DNA of 64,000 nucleotides from an uncultured Gammaproteobacteria bacterium (GTDB lineage Bacteria; Pseudomonadota; Gammaproteobacteria; CAISUE01): NCBI GenBank assembly GCA_903888615.1, contig CAISUE010000055.1, positions 3,594 to 67,593 of the forward strand, read 5' to 3'. Shown piece by piece: positions 56,276 to 64,000 of this stretch (position 1 is its first letter; each line of letters starts with the position of its first letter). The notes under the pieces were generated by a model. It saw only the letters and a program-made list of their open reading frames with translations, ran no database searches and was not told where the DNA came from. The position numbers and the translations under genes were made by a program.

Positions 56276-57313
56276 TTAACGTAATTTTTCCAAAAAACAA
56301 GCGTCGCCATAGCTAAAAAAACGATAATGCTTGGCAATAGCGTGTGAATACGCATGGCGAATCACTTGCGTACCACAAAAAGCACTGATCAACATCAATA
56401 ACGTCGATTGCGGCAAATGAAAATTTGTGATCAATGCATCGACGCAGTGAAAGCTAAAGCCTGGGTAAATAAAAATGTGCGTGTCTTTTGCCATCGTTTG
56501 CGTGGTCCCGGCTTGACTGGCGCTTTCCAACACCCTTAAACTCGTTGTGCCAACAGCAATAATTCGTTTGCCTTGTGCTTTGGTGGCATGAATCATGGCG
56601 CAACAATCATCGGATAATTCTGCGTATTCACTGTGCATGGTGTGATCGAGAATATTGGCGGTTTTAACAGGTGAAAATGTGCCTGCACCCACATGCAATG
56701 TAACGTAGGTGTGCCGTATTCCTTTGGCAGTGATCTTTTCCAATAAGGCTTGATCAAAATGTAAGCCAGCGGTGGGGGCTGCCACTGAACCTTCGGTGGC
56801 AGCATAAACTGTTTGATAGCGTGTTTGATCGATACGGTCAGCGGCTCGCTCAATATAGGGCGGCAGTGGCATATGACCAATAGCATGTAAACGTGTTAAT
56901 AAAGGTTGATCGTGGGCAAAATCCACTTCAAATAAATTGGCATGGCGGCCAGTGATGATCGCTTCTGAGTGATCCGTTAAAATAAGCACTTGGCCATTTT
57001 TTAAAGGTTTATTGCTGCGTATATGGCAGCGGGCATGATGCTGATGGGTAATCCGTTCAATAAGGATTTCAATTTTGCCACCGGAGGGTTTATGGGCAAA
57101 TAAGCGAGCGGGAATGACTTTGCTGTTATTAAAAACGAGTAAATCACCAGCTTCAATGAAATCTATAATATCGCTAAAAGTATGATCGCTGAATAAAGCC
57201 TTGGGTAAGGCATTAGGATTAACATGCAGCAAGCGGCTAGCAGTACGACTGTCGAGCGGTTGTTGAGCGATAAGTTCACTCGGTAAGTCAAAATCAAAAT
57301 CACTTAATTGCAC
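56276..57313 (-). CDS. queA: S-adenosylmethionine:tRNA ribosyltransferase-isomerase
   Basis: MQLSDFDFDLPSELIAQQPL is the canonical N-terminus. 345 aa. It also carries ...PLPPYI...YQTVYA...GSVAAPTAGLHF.... Confidence 0.95.
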   Translation of the reverse strand: MQLSDFDFDLPSELIAQQPLDSRTASRLLHVNPNALPKALFSDHTFSDIIDFIEAGDLLVFNNSKVIPARLFAHKPSGGKIEILIERITHQHHARCHIRSNKPLKNGQVLILTDHSEAIITGRHANLFEVDFAHDQPLLTRLHAIGHMPLPPYIERAADRIDQTRYQTVYAATEGSVAAPTAGLHFDQALLEKITAKGIRHTYVTLHVGAGTFSPVKTANILDHTMHSEYAELSDDCCAMIHATKAQGKRIIAVGTTSLRVLESASQAGTTQTMAKDTHIFIYPGFSFHCVDALITNFHLPQSTLLMLISAFCGTQVIRHAYSHAIAKHYRFFSYGDACFLEKLR

Positions 57314-57332
57314 GAAAAACTCGATGAATGAT

Positions 57333-57370
57333 CACGTGCAGGTTCCCCGCGCGTGGTGCTGAATAGATAA
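57333..57370. repeat. Half-copy (one arm plus TIR) of MITE copy 2, abutting the 3' end of tRNA-Pro
   Basis: CACGTGCAGGTTCCCCGCGCGTGGTGCTGAATAGATAA was compared with the reverse complement of 27788-27825, CACGTGTGGGTTTCCCGCTCGTGGTGCTGAATAGATAC. About 33 of 38 positions are identical. It ends 3 nt from the tRNA-Pro CCA. Confidence 0.6.
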
Positions 57371-57373
57371 TAT

Positions 57374-57450
57374 TGGTCGGAACAGCAGGATTTGAACCTG
57401 CGACCCCTTGCCCCCCAGGCAAGTGCGCTACCAGGCTGCGCTATGCCCCG
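57374..57450 (-). tRNA. tRNA-Pro (anticodon GGG), CCA encoded
   Basis: The reverse complement is CGGGGCATAGCGCAGCCTGGTAGCGCACTTGCCTGGGGGGCAAGGGGTCGCAGGTTCAAATCCTGCTGTTCCGACCA. Anticodon loop CTGGGGG. Confidence 0.9.
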
Positions 57451-57489
57451 ACACGAATCAGTTATTCTACCAGACTACGTCAACGAGTG

Positions 57490-58080
57490 CTAGATCCCGC
57501 GGATTAGCAAGGGTAAATCGAGTCTAATTAATTGATTGTTTTGCCAAAGGTATTGTCCGGAGAGGTGGACAAAGCGCTTGATATTTTTACTTTGCAGTGA
57601 ACCGGGTTTGATATGAAATAACGGACTGCCGAATTTGTCGAGATTTTCTTTGTGAGCAGTGATGATTGCGTTGGGGTCGATTTTAATGACCGCATAAGCT
57701 TCTCTAACGCGATTTTCTTTGCTTTGAATCATTTTACAGATATCGGCTTCATTGCCGTAAATGGGTCGAAATACACCTTGAAAAGCAATGGTGCTGAGAG
57801 TTTGAGCCCATTTATCGAGATTGGTGCCATCTACTTGATACAGGGCTACGTATATTTCAGGTTCATCGCTATTATTTAATACTGGGGCTGGATGATCAAT
57901 GGCTATTTTTTCGAATAATTCAGGTGGTAGTGCAGCAGTGATATCGTTAATTAAGTTTTTTTGTAAGACTTTGAGTTTTTCAGCAATTAAATCTAACAAT
58001 AAGCCACTGCCCCTAGGCCAATTTTTGATGCAATGATCCAATTGTTCGAGTAATTGGATAATTTGTTGGGGAGTTGCCAT
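57490..58080 (-). CDS. icmQ: Dot/Icm T4BSS protein IcmQ
   Basis: 196 aa (L. pneumophila 191). The C-terminal half, [31 protein letters not shown]...[15 protein letters not shown]...[11 protein letters not shown], follows the IcmQ pattern as I recall it. It lies downstream of icmT-icmS-fir. Confidence 0.75.
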   Translation of the reverse strand: MATPQQIIQLLEQLDHCIKNWPRGSGLLLDLIAEKLKVLQKNLINDITAALPPELFEKIAIDHPAPVLNNSDEPEIYVALYQVDGTNLDKWAQTLSTIAFQGVFRPIYGNEADICKMIQSKENRVREAYAVIKIDPNAIITAHKENLDKFGSPLFHIKPGSLQSKNIKRFVHLSGQYLWQNNQLIRLDLPLLIRGI

Positions 58081-58360
58081 GACAGTGCGAACCGGAGCCT
58101 TTGGATTTTCTAGAATGATTTAACTTAAATAGAATGAAGCACTAATGGGGGAATTATAGCGCAGCTTGGGTTAATAACCTAGTTAAGCCTTAAGCGAACA
58201 GTGATTGTCGGTGAATAATTGCTCACATCCATATCACTATCACTTTCTATAGTAGAAACTGTCCGAAAACTAAATGTTGGAGGAGTTATTATCTTCTAGG
58301 CTAGAGACTTCAGCGAGAATGGCTTTTAAGCGAACACCCGCTGAGGGTAAGGGTTTATTT

Positions 58361-58705
58361 TTATGCGTGGGGAGTGTCTTTTTGAGCAGTGACATCTACT
58401 TTGGGACTAGTAACATTAACGGCACCTTCCGTTACCATGTTAGCTAATTTTGCCGCCTCATTAGCTCCTGGAGAGGCTTTACCCGTATTAGCAACTTGGT
58501 TAGCCATAAGATTACCCAGCGCAGTTAGGGCATTGATGAAGCCGTATTTAAATTTGCCCACAGGTTGGTCGGTGCGTGGTAAATCTTTATCTTGTTCTGC
58601 CGTGTGTAATATCCCCACGAGTGTTTGAGACTCTTTATTAGAGCCATAGGTGTCTGTGCTAGGGGCTTTAAATAGAAGTGTGTCTTGTTTTTCTAATGCG
58701 CTCAT
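58361..58705 (-). CDS. Hypothetical 114-aa protein in the icmR/FIR slot (candidate IcmQ chaperone)
   Basis: It occupies the hypervariable position between icmS and icmQ and is similar in size to IcmR. There is a predicted amphipathic helix, KFKYGFINALTALGNLMANQVA. No sequence similarity is expected or claimed. Confidence 0.45.
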   Translation of the reverse strand: MSALEKQDTLLFKAPSTDTYGSNKESQTLVGILHTAEQDKDLPRTDQPVGKFKYGFINALTALGNLMANQVANTGKASPGANEAAKLANMVTEGAVNVTSPKVDVTAQKDTPHA

Positions 58706-58830
58706 ATGGCTTGCCTCGGTGGTTGTTATTTATTGTTGCGTTGCTGTTAGTTTAATCCATCAAGCTTAAGCTTTGCTTAAGCGGTTATTGATGCTTTTTG
58801 AGTGATTGTACGGTTTAGAAACGATGTGGG

Positions 58831-59169
58831 CTAATCATACATTAATTCATCAAGGGCGGTACTATTAGGGTCAGAGGAATTTTGGACAATTTCATTTAAA
58901 GCATCCGCAATGCACATCAAGCGTAAAACCGTTGGCGTGGTTTCATCGAAAACCACCCGGACACCTAGGATAGATTTTTCTGCTTCTTCAAAAGAAACGC
59001 CGATCCCATAGCCGAAGCACAGTGAACATAATTGATCGGCGCGCCTGGCAATCGCCGGCAATAAACCGGTGTCAGCAAATACTTGCGAATGGCTGATGGG
59101 TTTATTGTTTAAATTAAACTTAGCACCCAATACATCGGCAATTTTTATTAATTGATTATTAAGTTCCAT
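58831..59169 (-). CDS. icmS: Dot/Icm type IV adaptor/chaperone IcmS
   Basis: 112 aa. ...DTGLLPAIARRADQLCSLCFGYGIG...LGVRVVFDETTPTVLRLMC...LDELMYD closely follows the IcmS consensus. Confidence 0.85.
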   Translation of the reverse strand: MELNNQLIKIADVLGAKFNLNNKPISHSQVFADTGLLPAIARRADQLCSLCFGYGIGVSFEEAEKSILGVRVVFDETTPTVLRLMCIADALNEIVQNSSDPNSTALDELMYD

Positions 59170-59308
59170 CGTTTATTCTCGGCTCGGTAAATTTAAAATA
59201 GGATAGTTGGCTGCAGCCTTCCATGGATGTAAGGCCGGTCAAAACATCCTTGTTTTGCCGCTCGCCGGCAAAAAGCAGTGCTTTTTGAATTCCCGGCTCG
59301 CCCATCGT

Positions 59309-59572
59309 TTATTCTTTCCACCAAGGAATGGCATATTTTCGCGGGCCAGCTAACGTTGAACGAAACCAGCGAAAAAAAATGGGCACGGTAAAACCAAAGC
59401 GCGCGACGATACTGAAAAAAATCATAAAAAGGATAGCTAAGATAAATGTCCAGAGTTTCATATGCACTAAAAATAATAATAGCGGGAAAGAAGCATTGGC
59501 ATCTACCATATAAAAACGCGCACTGCGTGCTGAATCACGCCAATGAGCAGAATCACGAAAGCCGTTAGCCAT
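59309..59572 (-). CDS. icmT: Dot/Icm T4BSS inner-membrane protein IcmT
   Basis: 87 aa. HWRDSARSARFYMVDANASFPLLLFLVH...RFGFTVPIFFRWFRSTLAGPRK...PWW matches the IcmT/TraK-like pattern. Confidence 0.85.
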   Translation of the reverse strand: MANGFRDSAHWRDSARSARFYMVDANASFPLLLFLVHMKLWTFILAILFMIFFSIVARFGFTVPIFFRWFRSTLAGPRKYAIPWWKE

Positions 59573-59695
59573 TAAATGATCTCTTAATTAATTGAATTGC
59601 TGTCATTGCAGAATTGTAACATTCTACCTCAGCTTGCAGTGATAGCTTAATGGTTTTTTTTTGGTTATCATTTCCAAATCATAAGGAGAATAACA

Positions 59696-60547
59696 GTGCA
59701 TTTTCAACGGATCGGTTTATTGGCTAAACCAGGTGCTATAGGTGCAAATCTCGCCACTTTATACCAAGTGGCAGAATATTTGCAAAACTGTGGCGCAGAC
59801 GTATTTTGTGAGCCAGAAGTAACACTGCTGTCAATGTCGGTACTAACGCCTCTTACGTGGCCTAGTTTAAATCTGGTGGTCGTTGTCGGTGGTGATGGAA
59901 GTATGTTAAATGCAGCGCGTTTAGCCGTCGATTATGGTATTCCGGTTGTTGGAATTAATCGTGGTAATCTCGGTTTTTTAACCGATATTTGTCCCAGTCA
60001 GTTAAAGAGCCAATTAGCTGACATTTTAGCAGGGCAATTTCACCGTGAAGAACGCTTTTTATTGACCGGTACCATTGTCCACGGTGATCGTGAAATCACT
60101 TATGACGCCTTGAATGATATTGTATTGTACCTCGGTTCAGCTGCGCATTTGATTGAATTTAGCATCGAAATTGATGGTGTATTGATGTGTCGGCAACGCG
60201 CTGATGGCATTATTGTTACGACACCGACGGGTTCGACGGCGTATTCGTTATCAGCCGGTGGCCCTATCCTTTATCCTGGCTTATCGGCTATTGCGCTAGT
60301 GCCAATGATGCCGCACAAATTAACTAGCCGACCGATAGTCATTAATGCCAATGCTAAAATTGTCATTAAATTAGAAAATTTACACGCTCAAAGCCCACTT
60401 GTGACGTTTGATAGTCAACAATCGTTAAAGTTTGAAGCAGGGGATGTGTTAAAAATCGAACAAAAAGCGCAGCGTTTAAATTTGATTCACCCCACTCATT
60501 ATAATTATTTTGCCACCTTGCGCGATAAATTGCATTGGGAAAGTTGA
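59696..60547 (+). CDS. nadK: NAD+ kinase
   Basis: GGDGSMLNAAR and GINRGNLGFLTD motifs. The GTG start is 7 nt after AAGGAG. Confidence 0.9.
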   Translation: MHFQRIGLLAKPGAIGANLATLYQVAEYLQNCGADVFCEPEVTLLSMSVLTPLTWPSLNLVVVVGGDGSMLNAARLAVDYGIPVVGINRGNLGFLTDICPSQLKSQLADILAGQFHREERFLLTGTIVHGDREITYDALNDIVLYLGSAAHLIEFSIEIDGVLMCRQRADGIIVTTPTGSTAYSLSAGGPILYPGLSAIALVPMMPHKLTSRPIVINANAKIVIKLENLHAQSPLVTFDSQQSLKFEAGDVLKIEQKAQRLNLIHPTHYNYFATLRDKLHWES

Positions 60548-61005
60548 TGAAGTTTGATGACTATGAAATTAATGGCTTGACCCTGGATGATTTAAATTCC
60601 GCTTATGCGCTAGAGTTAGCCGCCTATCCTCATCCTTGGCCTAAGCGTGTTTTTGAGCAAAGCTTGCATAATCATTACCGACGTTGGGCGTTACGGCGCC
60701 AAGGCTTGTTGGTGGGCATGGCTTTTTTTCAAGTAATTAAACCTGAAGCTGAATTATTGAATTTTGCCATCGATCCTCTGTGTCAAGGTCAGGGTTTGGG
60801 GCAGTTTTTTTTAACAAAGGTATTGCAACTTGTACAGCAATTGGGTGTATCGAATTGTTTTTTAGAAGTGCGAGCGAGTAATGTGGCGGCTATTAAACTC
60901 TATGAACATTTGCATTTTAATCAAATCGGTGTGCGGACAGATTACTATCCGGGTTTAAAACGCGGCCGGGAAGATGCGTATCTGTATGCGGTGGATTTTC
61001 ATTAA
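60547..61005 (+). CDS. rimI: Ribosomal-protein-alanine N-acetyltransferase (GNAT, RimI-like)
   Basis: GNAT motif A is QGQGLGQFFLTKVL, with ...LEVRASNVAAIKLYEHLHFNQIGVRTDYY.... The ATG overlaps the nadK stop (TGATG). Confidence 0.8.
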   Translation: MKFDDYEINGLTLDDLNSAYALELAAYPHPWPKRVFEQSLHNHYRRWALRRQGLLVGMAFFQVIKPEAELLNFAIDPLCQGQGLGQFFLTKVLQLVQQLGVSNCFLEVRASNVAAIKLYEHLHFNQIGVRTDYYPGLKRGREDAYLYAVDFH

Positions 61006-61075
61006 AGCTATACTTTTTAGATATAAAGTTGAAAAATTCTATATAATCGAGTCTTTTAGACGATTCTTATCCCTT

Positions 61076-61411
61076 ATGCCCAAAGAAATTATCTATCGCG
61101 TGCTATATCATCAACAAACAGTGCCTTTTGAACTCTATGCGCGCAGCGTTTCGGAGAGTGAAATGTTTGGTTTTGTTGAATTAGAAGAATTGGTTTTTGA
61201 AGTGATGGTGGGCGATTCTTTGCAAGAAAAAATTAAAGCAGAATTTGAAGCCGTTAAGCGGACCTATATTCCTTTAGCGAATGTGTTACGTATTGATGCG
61301 ATTGAGCGCGATGATGATGCGTTATTTCAAGGTAAGCGCACCAATGTTGGCAATGTCACGGCATTTCCAAATGCTATTAAAACACCAGCAGCTAAACCCG
61401 CCAACGAGTAA
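61076..61411 (+). CDS. DUF1820-family small protein
   Basis: The ATG at 61076 gives 111 aa. IYRVLYHQQTVPFELYARSVSESEMFGFVELEELVFE...VKRTYIPLANVLRIDAI resembles the DUF1820 consensus. The upstream part of the track ORF overlaps rimI. Confidence 0.6.
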   Translation: MPKEIIYRVLYHQQTVPFELYARSVSESEMFGFVELEELVFEVMVGDSLQEKIKAEFEAVKRTYIPLANVLRIDAIERDDDALFQGKRTNVGNVTAFPNAIKTPAAKPANE

Positions 61412-61416
61412 GTTTT

Positions 61417-62451
61417 ATGACACAGTTAATTCTTGGCTTAGAAGGTTTAACGTTAAGCCTTAACGATCGACGGCGTTTAAGCAATAAACGCACCGCCGGT
61501 GTTATCTTGTTTAGCCGTAATTATCAAAATAATGAACAATTACGTGCGTTGACTACCGACATTCGCACCCTGCGTGAAGATCTTTTGATCAGCGTGGATC
61601 ATGAAGGTGGTCGCGTTCAACGGTTTAAAAAAGGTTTTAGTGAATTGCCACCCGCGAGCTGTTTTCTGTCATTATTTCGCCGTGACCCTGAGCAAGCTCT
61701 GGCTTTAGCTTCTTTAACGGGCCAAATTCTCGCCACGGAATTATTAGCGCATGGGGTAGATTTAAGTTATGCGCCAGTGTTGGATTTGGATTATGGTGTC
61801 AGTGCTATTATCGGTAATCGTAGTTTTGGTATGCTGCCGTTTGAAGTGGCAAAGTTAGCCGGAGCTATGATGGCCGGCATGCTTAACGCTGGCATGAAAG
61901 CGGTGGGTAAACATTTTCCTGGTCACGGTGGCGTTGAAGTGGATACCCATGGTGCTGTCGCGATCGATGATCGGCATTACGATTATTTAGCTGCAGCTGA
62001 CTTAGCCGTGTTTAAAGCCTTGATTGATGAAGGCGTAAGTGGCATTATGCCGGCTCACGTGATTTATCCGCAAATTGACAGTTTACCCGCAGGTTTTTCA
62101 GTCATTTGGTTGCAAAAAATTTTACGGCAAGAATACCGTTTTAAGGGTGCAATCATCAGCGATGATATCGATATGTTGGCAGCAGCAGCAGTTGGTGATT
62201 TAGCAGCACGATTGGATGCAGCAGTGGCAGCGGGTTGTGACCTTATTTTGGCGTGCAATGATTTTGCCAGCATGGATTTTGCGCTAGCGCATTTGCCGAT
62301 TGATGAAAACCCATTGGTCAAAGTTCGGATCGATGGCTTGAAACCAGTAAAGCGCTTGGATCATAGCGCCTTGCTAGAGCCTGATTTTTTATCTATGCAA
62401 CAACAATTACATGCATTTACCCATTCAATGAGCCTTTATGAGCCTTCCTAA
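61417..62451 (+). CDS. nagZ: Beta-N-acetylhexosaminidase (peptidoglycan recycling)
   Basis: GVILFSRNY, ISVDHEGGRVQRF and KHFPGHG motifs of GH3 NagZ. 344 aa. Confidence 0.9.
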   Translation: MTQLILGLEGLTLSLNDRRRLSNKRTAGVILFSRNYQNNEQLRALTTDIRTLREDLLISVDHEGGRVQRFKKGFSELPPASCFLSLFRRDPEQALALASLTGQILATELLAHGVDLSYAPVLDLDYGVSAIIGNRSFGMLPFEVAKLAGAMMAGMLNAGMKAVGKHFPGHGGVEVDTHGAVAIDDRHYDYLAAADLAVFKALIDEGVSGIMPAHVIYPQIDSLPAGFSVIWLQKILRQEYRFKGAIISDDIDMLAAAAVGDLAARLDAAVAAGCDLILACNDFASMDFALAHLPIDENPLVKVRIDGLKPVKRLDHSALLEPDFLSMQQQLHAFTHSMSLYEPS

Positions 62452-63007
62452 AAAAATTCAAGAAATTTATCGTACCTCGACGTGTTTGTATAATAAAAAC
62501 GCCATTGAAACAGCCTTAGATGAAATGGCATTGGCAATTCACAATGAATTAGCTGAACTTAATCCCGTGTTATTAACGGTATTGAAAGGTGGGATTGTGT
62601 TAGTAGGTAATTTATTGCCGCGCTTAGATTTTCCATTGGAAATCGATAATGTGCATGCGACGCGTTACCAAGGCGCAGTGAGCGGCGGTGAATTGATTTG
62701 GAAAATTAAACCGGAAGTCTCGCTCAAAGATCGGGTGGTATTAATTTTAGATGATATTTTGGATTTGGGTTTGACTCTGGCGGCGGTTGTCAATTATTGT
62801 CAAGAGCAAGGCGCTAAGCGCGTTTATACGGGTGTTTTGGTGGATAAAAAAGTGACGCGTCACCCGCAGGGTTTAAGTAAAGCGGATTTTGTTGCTTTGC
62901 ATGTTGAAGATCGGTTTATTTTTGGTTATGGTTTAGATTATCAAGAATATTTGCGTAATGCACCGGGTATTTATGAAGTTTCTGCAGATTTTTTAGAGTC
63001 GATGTAA
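62438..63007 (+). CDS. Hypoxanthine/guanine phosphoribosyltransferase-family protein
   Basis: PRPP-binding motif VVLILDDILDLGLTL. 189 aa. It overlaps the nagZ 3' end by 14 nt. Confidence 0.75.
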   Translation: MSLPKKIQEIYRTSTCLYNKNAIETALDEMALAIHNELAELNPVLLTVLKGGIVLVGNLLPRLDFPLEIDNVHATRYQGAVSGGELIWKIKPEVSLKDRVVLILDDILDLGLTLAAVVNYCQEQGAKRVYTGVLVDKKVTRHPQGLSKADFVALHVEDRFIFGYGLDYQEYLRNAPGIYEVSADFLESM

Positions 63008-63020
63008 GCGCAAAAGATTT

Positions 63021-63062
63021 GAGGCAGCGCTTAAATCCACGGGTGAATTTAAGCGCTGCCTC
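63021..63062. terminator. Bidirectional hairpin terminator between convergent genes
   Basis: A perfect 16-bp stem pairs GAGGCAGCGCTTAAAT (63021-63036) with ATTTAAGCGCTGCCTC (63047-63062), with a 10-nt loop. Read on the minus strand it is followed by a short T-rich run (AAATCTTTT). Confidence 0.7.
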
Positions 63063-63077
63063 AAACTATAAAACCGG

Positions 63078-63473
63078 CTAACAATACTTGCTACCATAAG
63101 GATAGGCTTTCTTGCTACCCTTGTCAGCTGCACAGGTAATTGCTGTTACGCCTTCATCCATCGTGCTTACCATTACTTTGCCACTTTGTGTCGCAGATTT
63201 CCGAACCGAAAAATAATAATCTTTAATACTATCGCTGCTGGTTTGTAATTGACCTGCAACAGGAACATTAGGGTCGCCTAAGCAATAACCCTTTACCTTG
63301 ACTTGATCGGTTACGATGTGAATTTGCCCTGTGCCATCAAACGTGCAATTGAAATTGCCGTTTTTTTGGCCAATGGGAAAATCGACAGAGGTTTCAACGG
63401 CAAAAGCAGCGCTGCTTGCTAAAGCCAGTGCAACCGTTAAACTAACATTTAAAAAAAGATGGTGCAATTGCAT
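63078..63473 (-). CDS. Secreted hypothetical protein (Cys-containing, 131 aa)
   Basis: Signal peptide LFLNVSLTVALALASSAAFA. There are four Cys in the mature part. No family was recognised. Confidence 0.5.
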   Translation of the reverse strand: MQLHHLFLNVSLTVALALASSAAFAVETSVDFPIGQKNGNFNCTFDGTGQIHIVTDQVKVKGYCLGDPNVPVAGQLQTSSDSIKDYYFSVRKSATQSGKVMVSTMDEGVTAITCAADKGSKKAYPYGSKYC

Positions 63474-63532
63474 ACATTATCTCCTCAAGTTAAAAGCTAA
63501 GAGATGTGCAATTTTTATGCCAAGGTATTTTT

Positions 63533-64000
63533 TCAGCGCTTACCTACTGTGGCTGGTTTAAGCCATACGCCCAATTTACTTAACGCAGCTTTTTCGAGTT
63601 GGCGAATGCGTTCACATGAAATGCCAAAGCGTACCGCTAAATCATCAAGGGTAGATTTTTTAGGGTCGAGCCAGCGTTCTTGAATAATCGTTTGACTGCG
63701 TGCATCAAGTTGACTTAAGGCTTGATGTAAATGATTAAGTGCGAGTGTGGCACTGTCGTCGCTTTCAAATTGATCGGCAGGATTGCTATGGGGGGCTGCT
63801 AAAAAATGTTGCGCAAATGGACTCTTGGTTTTGTTATCGTCATCGTCCATATCGTAATGCAAGTCGGCATCTTCAGCATATAAGCGCATTTCCATTTCTT
63901 TAACATCAGAGAGAGGGACGTGTAATTCTTGTGCTAAATTAGCCGCTTCCGTGGGGTTGAGCCATTTTAAACTTTTCTTAGCTTTGCGCAAATTAAAAAA
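63533..64000 (-). CDS. rpoH: RNA polymerase sigma-32 factor RpoH, C-terminal part (gene continues past the right edge)
   Basis: The frame is open to position 64000. An RpoH-box-like FFNLRKAKK sits at the window edge. Region 4 reads STLDDLAVRFGISCERIRQLEKAALSKL. Confidence 0.9.
   Translation of the reverse strand, partial: FFNLRKAKKSLKWLNPTEAANLAQELHVPLSDVKEMEMRLYAEDADLHYDMDDDDNKTKSPFAQHFLAAPHSNPADQFESDDSATLALNHLHQALSQLDARSQTIIQERWLDPKKSTLDDLAVRFGISCERIRQLEKAALSKLGVWLKPATVGKR

Noticed and set aside
58190-59315. The identical 136-bp spacing of the two direct-repeat pairs: 58190/58326 in the fir-icmQ spacer and 59166/59302 in the icmT-icmS spacer.
   Set aside because: The intervening sequences show no similarity to each other, so I treat the equal spacing as coincidence rather than two copies of one element.

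Overview
All calls were made by eye from the sequence and the ORF track, with no database or HMM searches. This is an AT-rich chromosomal segment (roughly 40% GC, not computed) from a Legionellales-type gammaproteobacterium.

(1) Secretion system. Dot/Icm type IVB genes lie in two convergent sub-clusters: icmK-E-G-C-D-J-B on the + strand (42.3-51.7 kb) and icmT-icmS-[fir-like]-icmQ on the - strand (59.6-57.5 kb). Housekeeping genes, tRNAs and MITE remnants sit between and beside them.

(2) Core genes. There are six tRNA genes (Lys, Thr, Leu-CAG, Leu-UAA, Cys, Pro). Ordinary genes include nrdR, pncC, a ZnuA-like binding protein, a CitMHS transporter, two tandem POT peptide transporters, an ABC-F ATPase, sdaA, ccmH/ccmI, mltB, gshA-type ligase, a biotin carboxylase, queA, nadK, rimI, nagZ, an hpt-like gene and partial rpoH.

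(3) Accessory block, downstream of tRNA-Lys (about 2.7-31.7 kb).
- A J-domain/ankyrin protein, followed by an ORF reachable through a G_GGA_AAA -1 slippery site.
- A decayed ISL3 transposase.
- An RNI-type LRR membrane protein.
- Hypothetical membrane proteins.
- A giant RHS/YD polymorphic-toxin locus.

The most unusual item is the RHS locus. It is one continuous 4,383-codon frame broken by a single in-frame TGA. Two YD blocks flank an Ig-like insert. A C-terminal extension of about 900 aa ends in a colicin-like pore-forming region. A 17-nt-overlapping 4-TM immunity-like ORF follows, and no T6SS, Tc-A or two-partner secretion genes are nearby.

I also found a small MITE family (TIR consensus GTAnCTATTCAC). 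Two intact copies carry perfect 8-bp target-site duplications. Degenerate copies sit at tRNA and Dot/Icm cluster borders.
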